Shown: piece by piece, positions 26,742-35,786 of the stretch
Layout of the letters: each line of letters opens with the position of its first letter
Numbering within the stretch: the stretch's first letter is position 1
Origin: Gemmatimonas sp.
Lineage (GTDB): Bacteria > Gemmatimonadota > Gemmatimonadetes > Gemmatimonadales > Gemmatimonadaceae
DNA length: 64,000 nt
Assembly (NCBI GenBank): GCA_965279375.1
Contig: OZ257156.1
Coordinates: 2,944,001 to 3,008,000, forward strand
Direction: 5' to 3'
Translations under genes and position numbers: made by a program
The notes under the pieces: generated by a model
Told to the model about the DNA's origin: nothing
The model's input: the letters and a program-made list of their open reading frames with translations, nothing else
Databases searched by the model: none

Positions 26742-27943
26742 TCGACGCCCATGCCTGAGTCCTGCCGGCGCATCGCGTCGTCGAGAATGGCGCGCACCGC
26801 TCGAGAAAACGGCACGCCGGCAAAGCGAAGGATTGCTCCGATCGACGTGTAGTTCTCGTCCTCGGAGAGTCCGCACTGCGAGTTCACTTCCAGCACGAAC
26901 AGTTCGCCCGTGTCGGCGTCCATGCGCAGATCCACGCGTCCGTAGCCGCGTCCGTCCACTGCGGCGTACGCAGCCCAACTCACGTCCATGATGCGCTGCG
27001 CCAGCGGCTGCAGCACGGGACCGTACTCCCAGAGATACTCGGAGTCGCCGAGCGACGATTCGCGCTCGTAGATCTCCCAGAGCCGATCGAACGAAAGAAA
27101 CTGCTCGGTGGGCGGAAGCCGTCGGTTAAAGACTCGTTCGACGGGCGGATACACGACGCACTGGTCAGCGGCGTCCGCCGACCCGACGATGAATGTCGTG
27201 TACTCCGCTCCCACAATGAACCGCTCCACAAGCACGCCGCCGCCTGTCAGATCCCAGCCGCGGTAGCCATCGCGCAGCAACGCCCGCTGCGTCTCCAGCG
27301 CCTCGCGCGCGTGCACGACGGAGTCGATTGTGATTCCCATGCTCCCCGCCGAGATCGCGGGCTTGATGATCAGCGGCGAGCCGCAGCGTGCAAAGAGGTC
27401 GTCGGCAGTCGCGTCGTCGTGAAGGATCGCCCAGGGTGACGTTGGAACGCTGGCGAGATCGAAGCGCTCCTTCATCGTGATCTTGGAGGTGGTCACGTCG
27501 TAGAACGCGCTGTCCGCGCCGGTGAAGCAGAGCCCCTTCGCTTCGAGATACCGGACCACGGACAATCCCGGCACACCGTTCGTTTCGTCGCCGTCGCACA
27601 GATTGAGCACCACCGCGTGCGAACGGTCGTCCGCGTTGATGATTTTGTCGATGACGCGCTCGTAGTCGCTGAGCAGTACCGGCGTCCAGTTCCACGCGTG
27701 TCCGAGGGCAGCGAACACCCGCGCATACTCGGCGCGGCTCTGACTGTAGTCGTTGTAGTAGGCGAGGTTCGGATCACTCGTCTCGACGAACGGCACCAGC
27801 ACCCAGATCGTGAGCGGTCGAGTTGTTCCCGCAACAGGCGAGCGGACCGTCGAGGCTACAGAGGAGTCGCTGGTCGCGTCGCGCTCCGCATCGAACGCTG
27901 CAACCGCCGCCGGCTCGGCGGGGGAAATGGTTCCTGAGTCCAT
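26738..27943 (-). CDS. Stand-alone D-Ala-D-Ala-ligase-like ATP-grasp protein
   Basis: LNLCDG, FTGAD...SKITMK, PLIIKP...GSMGI, LVERFIVGAEYT, GYGRVDLR, LEVNSQCG. Start uncertain. Confidence 0.85.
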   Translation of the reverse strand: MDSGTISPAEPAAVAAFDAERDATSDSSVASTVRSPVAGTTRPLTIWVLVPFVETSDPNLAYYNDYSQSRAEYARVFAALGHAWNWTPVLLSDYERVIDKIINADDRSHAVVLNLCDGDETNGVPGLSVVRYLEAKGLCFTGADSAFYDVTTSKITMKERFDLASVPTSPWAILHDDATADDLFARCGSPLIIKPAISAGSMGITIDSVVHAREALETQRALLRDGYRGWDLTGGGVLVERFIVGAEYTTFIVGSADAADQCVVYPPVERVFNRRLPPTEQFLSFDRLWEIYERESSLGDSEYLWEYGPVLQPLAQRIMDVSWAAYAAVDGRGYGRVDLRMDADTGELFVLEVNSQCGLSEDENYTSIGAILRFAGVPFSRAVRAILDDAMRRQDSGMGVE

Positions 27944-28145
27944 GACGTCCGGATGAGGGCGAGGCACCACGGGAGGGCGCACAGGGATCGCGAAGGAGCG
28001 ACCAGCGACCAAGAAGCGAACACGAGCTTGGCCGATTGTAAAGACGAGCCTGCAGGCCGACTTGCGTCACGCGGCGCTGGACACAGGGGTCGATTCGGTG
28101 CACGGTTACGCCGCGACCACTCCGCCTCCCCACACAGACGTCCTC

Positions 28146-29942
28146 ATGCACCTCGTTATGCACCTCGTCTCACGTTCAGTCATTCGCACGCTCTCCCTCT
28201 CGTTGCTGGCGGCAGGCGTTGCCTGCGGACGGACCACCAGCACCTCGAGTTCGTCCATCGGCGTCGGATCGGCGGGCGCCGGGCAGACCGCCGCGCCATC
28301 GTCGGCCACGCAAGGCGGCAACGCGCAGGGAGTCGGTGCGCCGCGCGGGATGGTCGTGTCAGCGAGCGCGATTGCCAGTCAGGCTGGCCGGGATGCGTTG
28401 GCCGCCGGTGGAAACGCGGTAGACGCGGCGATCGCGACGGGCTTCGCACTGGCAGTCACGTATCCGGCGGCCGGTAACATCGGCGGTGGCGGATTCATGG
28501 TCATTCGTCAGCCTGACGGCCGCGCGACGACGATCGACTTCCGCGAGAAGGCGCCGGCCGCCGCCACGCCGGAGATGTTCACCGACTCTACCGGCAACTA
28601 CTCGGCGCGTATTCATCATCGCAGTCATCTCGCAGTTGGCGTGCCGGGCACCGTCGCCGGCTTCGCCTTGGCACATGAGAAGTATGGGAAGCGCGCGTGG
28701 AAGTCGCTGGTCGATCCAGCGGTACGTCTCGCACGCGACGGATTCGACGTGCCGACTGGCCTGGCGGCGTCGCTCAGTGGCTCGTTGACACGCTTCAAGA
28801 CGTATCCGGCCACGGAAGCCGCGTATTCGAAGAGCGGTGTTGCCTACGCGGCCGGTGAGCGCATGCGACTACCCGATCTTGGACGCACGCTCACGCGCAT
28901 TCGCGATGACGGGCGCGATGGCTTCTACCGTGGTGAGACGGCGCGTCTGATTGCGGAGGAGATGAAGCGGGGCGGCGGTGTGATCACGGAGGCGGACCTC
29001 GCGGCGTATCAAGCGAAGGAGCGCGCACCGATCCGCGGCACGTATCGCGGCTACGACATCATCTCCATGGCGCCGCCGAGTTCCGGCGGCGTGGCGATGG
29101 TGGAGATGCTGAACATTCTCGAGGGCTTCGATCTCAAGGCCGCGGGGCACAACTCACCGCAGTATGTGCACCTGGTGGTGGAGTCGATGCGTCGCGCGTT
29201 TCTCGACCGTGCGCGTTTTCTTGGTGATGCGGACTTCGTGCCGGCACCCCTCGACCGTCTGACGAGTAAGCAATACGCGGCAGAGTTGCGGAAGTCGATC
29301 ACGCTCGATCGCGCCACTCCGTCTGCGCCGTCGCAGGTGGTGCAGGGCTACGAAAGCCCGGAGACGACGCACTTCAGCGTCGTGGACGCGAATGGCATGG
29401 CGGTGTCGGTGACGTACACGCTCGAAGCTGGCTATGGGCTTGGCGCTGTCGTGGCGGGCGCTGGATTCCTGCTCAACAACGAGATGGGCGATTTCAACGG
29501 CAAGCCGGGGCTCACCGACAGCACCGGTTTGATCGGCACGCCTGCCAACGTCGCGCGACCGGGGAAACGCATGCTGTCGAGCATGACGCCGTCGATCATT
29601 GCCAAGGACGGCAAGCTCGTGGCAGTGGTGGGCAGCCCGGGCGGTCGCACGATCATCAATACCGTGCTGCAGGTGATCCTCAACGTGATCGACTTCGGCA
29701 TGCCGATGCAGGATGCGGTGAATGCAACGCGCTTTCATCACCAGTGGCTTCCGAACGTGATCTCGGTGGAGCGGAACGGACTGCCGGCGACCACGGTGAG
29801 TGCGTTGCAAGCGCTGGGGCACGAAGTGCGCTTGGGCGGCACACAGGGCACCGCGCACTCAATCATGCTCGATGCGAAGACAGGTCGTCGCATTGGCGCA
29901 GCCGACCCGCGCGACAAGGACGCGGGCGCCGTCGGCTACTGA
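28146..29942 (+). CDS. ggt: Gamma-glutamyltransferase, probable lipoprotein
   Basis: Lipobox-like AGVAC, GGNAVDAA, IDFREKAP, PPSSGG, autocatalytic Thr in ETTHFS, LNNEMGDF, PGKRMLSSMTP, GSPGG, ADPR. Start ATG 28146 or 28158. Confidence 0.95.
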   Translation: MHLVMHLVSRSVIRTLSLSLLAAGVACGRTTSTSSSSIGVGSAGAGQTAAPSSATQGGNAQGVGAPRGMVVSASAIASQAGRDALAAGGNAVDAAIATGFALAVTYPAAGNIGGGGFMVIRQPDGRATTIDFREKAPAAATPEMFTDSTGNYSARIHHRSHLAVGVPGTVAGFALAHEKYGKRAWKSLVDPAVRLARDGFDVPTGLAASLSGSLTRFKTYPATEAAYSKSGVAYAAGERMRLPDLGRTLTRIRDDGRDGFYRGETARLIAEEMKRGGGVITEADLAAYQAKERAPIRGTYRGYDIISMAPPSSGGVAMVEMLNILEGFDLKAAGHNSPQYVHLVVESMRRAFLDRARFLGDADFVPAPLDRLTSKQYAAELRKSITLDRATPSAPSQVVQGYESPETTHFSVVDANGMAVSVTYTLEAGYGLGAVVAGAGFLLNNEMGDFNGKPGLTDSTGLIGTPANVARPGKRMLSSMTPSIIAKDGKLVAVVGSPGGRTIINTVLQVILNVIDFGMPMQDAVNATRFHHQWLPNVISVERNGLPATTVSALQALGHEVRLGGTQGTAHSIMLDAKTGRRIGAADPRDKDAGAVGY

Positions 29943-29969
29943 GGCACCGAAGCTGTGGGTGAAATGCAC

Positions 29970-30002
29970 ACGGGGCGCCGACCGCAGTGGTCGGCGCCCC
30001 GT
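29970..30002. terminator. Hairpin between convergent genes (probable bidirectional terminator)
   Basis: acggggcgccgacc-gcagt-ggtcggcgccccgt, perfect 14-bp stem. Confidence 0.7.
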
Positions 30003-30027
30003 CGTGCGATGGAACGAGCGCGAACGC

Positions 30028-30603
30028 TTACTTGACCGTGAAAGCCGCGTGTGCCTTGGTCTTGTCCCACATGATCGCGAAGTTGCCGCCCTTGCCGGCG
30101 GGGGTCACTTCGATCGTCATCTTCTCGACGACGGCCGGCGTCGCCTCGACCGTCAGCGGAATGCGCACCAGATCCTGCTTGGCGTCGTACTCCGTTCCCC
30201 ACTGTTCGGTCTGCTTGTTCACGATCAGCATCCACTTACCGCCCTGATCCAGCAGGGTGAAGAGCGTGTACGTGCCGGCCGGCACGGCCAGCGCGCCGAA
30301 CTGCAGTGCCTTGCTGGTGGTGAAGTGCGTGGCCTTGTTCGCACCCGTGCGCCACACCATGCCCCACTTCATGTCATTGAGGCCACCAAAGATTTCGCGG
30401 CCGCGCTTGGACGGACGACCGTAGTCCACGAAGATGTTCGCGCCGGCAATCGTCGCCTTGACGGAGTCGCGAGGAGAGGCAGGCGCCTGTCCGGCCTTGG
30501 GGGCCATTCCGGCCATGCTGCCCTGCGCAGCGGCTGGCATGGCGAGGAGTGAAAGCGCCGCAAGCGTGGCGGCGGTGCGGATCATCGGAGTACGAAGGGA
30601 CAT
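30028..30603 (-). CDS. DUF2911 family exported protein
   Basis: Signal peptide, ASPRD, VDYGRPSKRGREIFG, VWRTGAN, VPAGTYTLF, QWGTEYD. Start ATG 30603 or 30585. Confidence 0.88.
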   Translation of the reverse strand: MSLRTPMIRTAATLAALSLLAMPAAAQGSMAGMAPKAGQAPASPRDSVKATIAGANIFVDYGRPSKRGREIFGGLNDMKWGMVWRTGANKATHFTTSKALQFGALAVPAGTYTLFTLLDQGGKWMLIVNKQTEQWGTEYDAKQDLVRIPLTVEATPAVVEKMTIEVTPAGKGGNFAIMWDKTKAHAAFTVK

Positions 30604-30745
30604 GTGCAGTAGGATGGTCGGAGGGGCGGGATAAACAGGCTGCGGACGGCAGCTGGAATTATACCGCGTCTGGTGCGACTGAGGTTCCAATCGCGTCACC
30701 CGTGGCACGTTCGTCGCCGCCCGGACCTGCGGTTACGTTCTTCCG

Positions 30746-31933
30746 ATGTTCGCTTCTCGCATGTTCTCACACTCCGCGCCCTCTTCCCCCACGGAACGGC
30801 GTGGGACGTCGCTGCTGACGCTGGCGCTGGCGATGCTCCTGGTCGCGGCGCCCTCTCTCGCGCAGCAACCCGCAGCCGCGCCGGCCCGCACCCGGTCGGA
30901 CAGTGCGCGCGCATTTGGGGCACTCGTCGCGTCGCTCTCCGAGGCGGGTGGCTACTTCGACACCGACAACCTGATCTCGAACGAGCGCAGCTATCTGCAC
31001 GTGATGAGTGGGCTCGACCGGCTGGGTGTACGAGGTGGCGGTTACATCGGTGTTGGCCCTGATCAGAACTTCTCGTACATCGCGCGCATCAAGCCGAGCA
31101 TCGCCTTCATCGTCGATGTGCGCCGCGACAATCTGCTGCAGCAGCTGATGTTCAAGGCGCTGTTCGCGCGTGCGCGCAATCGTGCGGAGTATCTGGCGCT
31201 TTGGCTGGGGAAACCGCTTCCGGATGACGTCGCAGCGCTCTCCAATGCGAACATCGATGCCATCGTGGCGCGGCTCGACGCGCTGACCTCAACGCCGATC
31301 AGCGCTCGCGCCGCACACGCCGCGGTGCAGGACGAGGTGCAGCGATTCGGCATTCCGCTTTCGACGCAGGATCTCGCCACGATCGAACGCTTCCATGCGG
31401 CCTTCATCGCCTCAGGGCTCTCTCTGCAGTTCACGTCCACCGGTCGTCGTCCGCGCGAGTACTACCCGACGCTGCGCCAGCTCATTCTCGAACGAGATCT
31501 GAACGGTGTACAAGCCAGCTACCTTGCCCGCGAGACGGACTTTCAGTTCGTGAAGTCGCTCGAAGCGCGCGATCTCGTGGTGCCCGTGGTGGGTGACCTG
31601 GGCGGAACCAAAGCGATGCGTGCAATTGGCGCGTTGCTCACGCAACGTGGCGAACGGCTTTCTGCACTCTATGCGTCGAACGCCGAAGACTACGTGATGC
31701 GAGGCGGCGGCTTCGCGCGCTATGCGAAGAGCGTGCTGGCGATGCCGCGCGACGCGAAGAGTGTCTTCATTCGGAGTTGGTTTGGCGGAGAGGGGAGTCA
31801 TCCCCAGAACGTGCGTGGCTACTACAGCACGCAGCTCTTGCAGACCATCGATGATTTCGCAGGCGACTTCCCCTCAGGTGCGTTCCCCTCCTACTACGAC
31901 CTGACACACCGCCGTACCGTACCGCTGCGCTAG
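30746..31933 (+). CDS. Exported conserved hypothetical protein, possible Rossmann/SAM-methyltransferase-like fold
   Basis: Signal peptide (LALAMLLVAAPSLAQ), GYFDTDNLISNE, YIGVGPDQNFSY, FIVD, VVGDL, LYASNAEDY. Confidence 0.7.
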   Translation: MFASRMFSHSAPSSPTERRGTSLLTLALAMLLVAAPSLAQQPAAAPARTRSDSARAFGALVASLSEAGGYFDTDNLISNERSYLHVMSGLDRLGVRGGGYIGVGPDQNFSYIARIKPSIAFIVDVRRDNLLQQLMFKALFARARNRAEYLALWLGKPLPDDVAALSNANIDAIVARLDALTSTPISARAAHAAVQDEVQRFGIPLSTQDLATIERFHAAFIASGLSLQFTSTGRRPREYYPTLRQLILERDLNGVQASYLARETDFQFVKSLEARDLVVPVVGDLGGTKAMRAIGALLTQRGERLSALYASNAEDYVMRGGGFARYAKSVLAMPRDAKSVFIRSWFGGEGSHPQNVRGYYSTQLLQTIDDFAGDFPSGAFPSYYDLTHRRTVPLR

Positions 31934-31981
31934 CAGGCGGCCGACCTCGCGGTTCGGAGGCGGTGCCGGTATGTTCGGCCA

Positions 31982-32527
31982 ATGAAGCCTCTTCTTCTGC
32001 TCACGGCGGCGCTGGCGGTCAGCGGCTGCGCTCTCCATAAATCGCCCAAGCTTCCGGCGCCGATACCGCCCCTCAAGGGCACGCCGCAGGTCGCCTTCGC
32101 GCTGCGCTACGTCGATATCGCGACCGGAACCGGTGCCGAAGCGGCGCCACGCAAGTGCATCTTTGCGCACTACACGGGTTGGACGACGGACGGCAAAAAG
32201 TTTGACTCGTCGCGTGACACGATGCCCAACGGTCGGGAGAAAACGCCGATCGCGTTCGCGCAGGGCGCGCGCGGGGTCATCGCCGGCTGGGATACCGGTT
32301 TCGACGGGATGCGCGTGGGCGCGCGCCGACGGCTGTTCATTCCGTATCAGCTCGGATACGGCGCGCCGGGCCGCCCGCCCGTGATTCCGCCCAAGGCAGA
32401 ATTGATATTCGATGTGGAACTGATGGCCGTCGCCGACACGTTGCCTCGCACGGAGCCACCGGTGCGTGGGCAGCCGGCAACACCGGCGCGATGCCCGACC
32501 TGGGCGACCGTCAGCGGCGGAAAGTGA
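31982..32527 (+). CDS. FKBP-type peptidyl-prolyl isomerase, lipoprotein
   Basis: Lipobox VSGC, HYTGW...KFDSSRD, VIAGWD.G..GMRVG, IPYQLGYG, IPPKAELIFDVEL. Confidence 0.93.
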   Translation: MKPLLLLTAALAVSGCALHKSPKLPAPIPPLKGTPQVAFALRYVDIATGTGAEAAPRKCIFAHYTGWTTDGKKFDSSRDTMPNGREKTPIAFAQGARGVIAGWDTGFDGMRVGARRRLFIPYQLGYGAPGRPPVIPPKAELIFDVELMAVADTLPRTEPPVRGQPATPARCPTWATVSGGK

Positions 32528-32598
32528 CGCGCCACGCGTCTCGATCCTTTGTCATGACAAGGGGTAGGCGACAGTGGACTCTTGAACTGGAGACTCGC

Positions 32599-33357
32599 AT
32601 GATCGGAATGATGGCGTGGCAGGATCGGTCCGCCCGTCTGAGGCACTGCCTCCGGCTGCTCGTCGTGCTGCTCGCCGCGGTGTTCGTCCGGCCATCGACG
32701 GCGAGTGCGCAGGGGATGCCGCTCATCGGCTTCGTGCGCGATGAACTCGGCCAGCCGATCGAGGGCGTCGAGATCCTCCTCGGCAGTCTCGAGGTCCGCG
32801 CACGCACCGACGAGTACGGTCGCTTTCGCATCTTCCCGTTGCCGCAGGGACTGACATACGTCGCGGCGCGGCGCGTCGGATTTCTCCCGGTGGCTGACCT
32901 CGTGCGCATCACCCCGACGGACACGATCGAATTCATGATGGATCGCATCGGACAGCGGATGGATACCGTCCGCGTGGTCTCCCGCGCGGAAGCCGCCTGG
33001 GAGCGCGATCTGCGGCGCTACGAGTGGGCAACCGCAGCGGCGCGGAGCGGCTGGGTGCTGACCGATCGTGATATCGCCAAACGCGGCCCCGTATGGACGT
33101 CTGATCTGCTGATGGGGCGTCCCGGCTTTCAGGTCGTCGGCAACGGTGGACAGGCGCGTGTGATTGGCACACGAGGGCGTTGCACGCCGCTGCTGATCGT
33201 GGATGGACAGCCGCTGGTTGGCTTTGTGCTGAATGACATCGCCCCCTCCACGATCAAGGCGATGATCACCTACAACAGCGCAGCTTCACTGCCCATCGAA
33301 ATGCAGACCATGCGCGGCAATCTGAGTTGCGGCGTGATCGCGATCATCTCGCAGTAG
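32599..33357 (+). CDS. Carboxypeptidase-regulatory-like domain protein with plug-like C-terminus
   Basis: SD GGAGA before ATG 32599, signal peptide, GFVRDELGQPIEGVEI...TDEYGRF, ARRVGF, C.PLLIVDG, CGVIAI. Confidence 0.72.
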   Translation: MIGMMAWQDRSARLRHCLRLLVVLLAAVFVRPSTASAQGMPLIGFVRDELGQPIEGVEILLGSLEVRARTDEYGRFRIFPLPQGLTYVAARRVGFLPVADLVRITPTDTIEFMMDRIGQRMDTVRVVSRAEAAWERDLRRYEWATAAARSGWVLTDRDIAKRGPVWTSDLLMGRPGFQVVGNGGQARVIGTRGRCTPLLIVDGQPLVGFVLNDIAPSTIKAMITYNSAASLPIEMQTMRGNLSCGVIAIISQ

Positions 33358-33383
33358 GAGGCTGACGCGCCGGAGAGGCGCAG

Positions 33384-33593
33384 CTATTTCTTCGCGAGAT
33401 ACGCCGCGACGAGCGCGTTGGCGTGTCCGTGACCCATCGCGTGCGTGGTCTTCAGTAGCGCCACCAGTTCCATGTGCTTGAGCGGGCCCGCCTTCTGCAG
33501 GATCGTCATCCAGTGCTCGATCGGCTCTCCGTACTTCTTCTCGATCGACGGAAAGTACGATGCGGGGCCCTGCACTTTGACTGGCTTGTCCAT
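33384..33593 (-). CDS. DUF4287 family small protein
   Basis: GPASYFPSIEKKYG...KHMELVALLK..HAMGHGHANALV. Confidence 0.88.
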   Translation of the reverse strand: MDKPVKVQGPASYFPSIEKKYGEPIEHWMTILQKAGPLKHMELVALLKTTHAMGHGHANALVAAYLAKK

Positions 33594-33642
33594 GAAATGG
33601 TCTCGAAGCGATGAAGAGGTAGTGGGGGAGCGAGTCTGTCGC

Positions 33643-34683
33643 TCAACGTCCGTCGACCAGCCACTCCCACACGATGCGTGAGCAGTCCGCGATCAACGCC
33701 GCGGCGACCTTCTCGTCCGTGATGCCGCGCGTCAGCACCGCGAGTACGTAGGGAGACTTCCCCGCGGGATACACGATGCCGGCGTCGTGCAACGTCGCGG
33801 TGATGGATCCCGTTTTGTGGGCCACGCGCGTGCCGCGCGGCAGGCCGGCGGGAATTTCGTCGTTGAACGCCTGCGCCTCAAGAATCGCCAGCATCTCGCG
33901 CGTGCTGGCCGCGTTGGCGACTTGGCCGGTCTGCAGCGCGCTGAAGAGCGCGACCAGATCGTTGGCCGTGGTCGTGTTGTTGAGCCCTGCCCGAAACGCG
34001 ACGTTGTCCTCCACACCGCGCCGCACCATCAGGCGGGTTGCGCCCAAGCCGCGCGTGAGCTCCGTGACTTTCACCGGGTCGAGCAGTGCGATCAGCGCAT
34101 TCGTGGCAAGGTTGCTCGAGTGCGTGATCATGCGTGTGGCCAGATCGCGCAGCGGGACTTCGGTGCCGACCAGCGCGTACACACTGCTGTCGCTGTCGTC
34201 GCTGGCGCTGAGCGTGTAGGCCGAGCTGTCTACGATCGACTTGAACGCATTGACGAGTCGCAACGTCTGATTCGCCTTGAGCGCCCCCGATTCGATGTTC
34301 CGATACAGCGCGAAGAGCACGGGGACTTTCATCGTGCTCGCCGCGTGAAAGACCGTGTCCCCCGCGATGTCCATCCGACGAGATGTGCCAAGATCGCGTA
34401 CGGACAGTCCCACCTGTGCGCCCGGCACCTGCGCGATGCGTGTGAGCAAGCGCGCGCGAACGACGTCTGCACTCGGTCCGGGTTGCGCCGAAAGAGAGCC
34501 GCCAGCGAGTACCGTCCCGGCCAGCACGCTGCTTGCGAGCGCGACGCGACGCAGAGCCACGTGATGCATCGCGACACGGCGAGTCGGTTCGGGCAGGCCC
34601 GCGGCACGAGGAGGCGTGGCACTCGATCGACTCAGACGAGCGAACACCGCACCGACCGGGCGCAGCAGGGGGCGCAAGGACAT
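33643..34683 (-). CDS. Class A beta-lactamase-like serine hydrolase, exported
   Basis: SxxK (AASTMK), SSN, NTTTAND, HKTG, HDAGIV. Start uncertain. Confidence 0.85.
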   Translation of the reverse strand: MSLRPLLRPVGAVFARLSRSSATPPRAAGLPEPTRRVAMHHVALRRVALASSVLAGTVLAGGSLSAQPGPSADVVRARLLTRIAQVPGAQVGLSVRDLGTSRRMDIAGDTVFHAASTMKVPVLFALYRNIESGALKANQTLRLVNAFKSIVDSSAYTLSASDDSDSSVYALVGTEVPLRDLATRMITHSSNLATNALIALLDPVKVTELTRGLGATRLMVRRGVEDNVAFRAGLNNTTTANDLVALFSALQTGQVANAASTREMLAILEAQAFNDEIPAGLPRGTRVAHKTGSITATLHDAGIVYPAGKSPYVLAVLTRGITDEKVAAALIADCSRIVWEWLVDGR

Positions 34684-34787
34684 TCTCATGCGGCACATTC
34701 TGGATGCTGCAATCCACCAACGCAACGAGGGGCGATCATTCGATCGCCCCTCTGAAGACTTTCGCGCGGCGCGGTGAGCGCTGTGAC

Positions 34788-35456
34788 TCAGGCGCGACGA
34801 CGGCGCATCATCACGCCGAGCAGCCCGACGCCAGCACCCATCAGAACGAACGACGAGGGCTCCGGTACCGTGGAGGTGTTGATGCCCGTGCCCACCACAC
34901 TCACGTTGTCCAGGAAATCGCCATAGCTGGTCTGGTTGCCGCGCGAACGGAACTCGAGCATGGTGCTGGTGCCCGTCGCGACGAACAGCTGCGAGAAGTC
35001 CGTCCACTGATACGGCGCGGTGATCTGGCCGGTGGACATCAGGAAGTTGTTGTTCACGTACACGTCGATCTGGCTGTAGCCGTTGCGATCACGCGGGCGA
35101 TGCGCGGCCCAGAAGTCGAGCGCGTACTCGGCGCCAACCGTCGTGGTGAGCGACTGCTGAATGGACGTGGAGCTGTTCACCTGCAGTTCCAGATGGCTGT
35201 TGCCGTCTTGCGCGGCGAACCCGTTGAACGAGTTGGTCCAGCGCTCGAACGTGCCCGAGCTGGAATTCCCGAGTGACGTCCACGAGGTCACGTTGGCGTT
35301 CGGGTAGTCCGCGCCATTGCGAAGCGGCGTACCCAGCTCGAAGCTGCAGTTCTGAACCAGGTTGTTCGCCATGGTGCGGCAGGACTGCGCGGAGGCGACA
35401 GCGGGGGCGGCGAGCAGGGCAGAGACAGAGGCGGCGAACGCGAGGCGGCGAAGCAT
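34788..35456 (-). CDS. PEP-CTERM sorting-domain protein with DUF642/carbohydrate-binding-like jelly-roll
   Basis: Signal peptide, NLVQNCSFE, LDNVSV, C-terminal VPEPSS followed by a TM and RRRRA. Confidence 0.92.
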   Translation of the reverse strand: MLRRLAFAASVSALLAAPAVASAQSCRTMANNLVQNCSFELGTPLRNGADYPNANVTSWTSLGNSSSGTFERWTNSFNGFAAQDGNSHLELQVNSSTSIQQSLTTTVGAEYALDFWAAHRPRDRNGYSQIDVYVNNNFLMSTGQITAPYQWTDFSQLFVATGTSTMLEFRSRGNQTSYGDFLDNVSVVGTGINTSTVPEPSSFVLMGAGVGLLGVMMRRRRA

Positions 35457-35491
35457 TGATTGAATCCCGTTTGGAAGTTGCCACGCTGTAA

Positions 35492-35508
35492 TGCAACGAT
35501 GATGCCAA
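35492..35508 (-). promoter_or_regulatory. Sigma-54 (-24/-12) promoter of the PEP-CTERM gene
   Basis: Minus strand TTGGCATCATCGTTGCA = GG-N10-GC, 35 nt upstream of the ATG. Confidence 0.78.
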
Positions 35509-35786
35509 ACTCAGCCTTACGTGTGGTTTCGCCTAAACCGTTATCTGGCAACGTCTTAAGGGTAGAGGCGGTCGCGGGACGTCGTTCAGCCAAACGCGCC
35601 CGGATGAGAGACTGTCGCGTCGGCGCTACTCGCGTTGTGGCGCTACGCTCCACGCTCGGAATGGTCACAAGCGGCGCTCTGGGGACGAGTCGCTGCAGGG
35701 GTCAAGGATCCGCACGCGTAGCGAAACCGAACGCTGTCGTACCATCGTAAGGTCGGCATGACTCAACGCCTTGTACGGAGCCCGTC

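Noticed and set aside
25296..27943. Housekeeping ddl, van-type ligase or graspetide cluster
   Set aside because: The Ddl active-site loop is altered, there is no dcw or van context, the enzymes are not RimK/MvdD-like, and no repeat-core precursor was found.
33643..34683. Acquired antibiotic-resistance beta-lactamase
   Set aside because: SSN instead of SDN and no mobile context; it fits the broad chromosomal serine-hydrolase group. Activity cannot be inferred.
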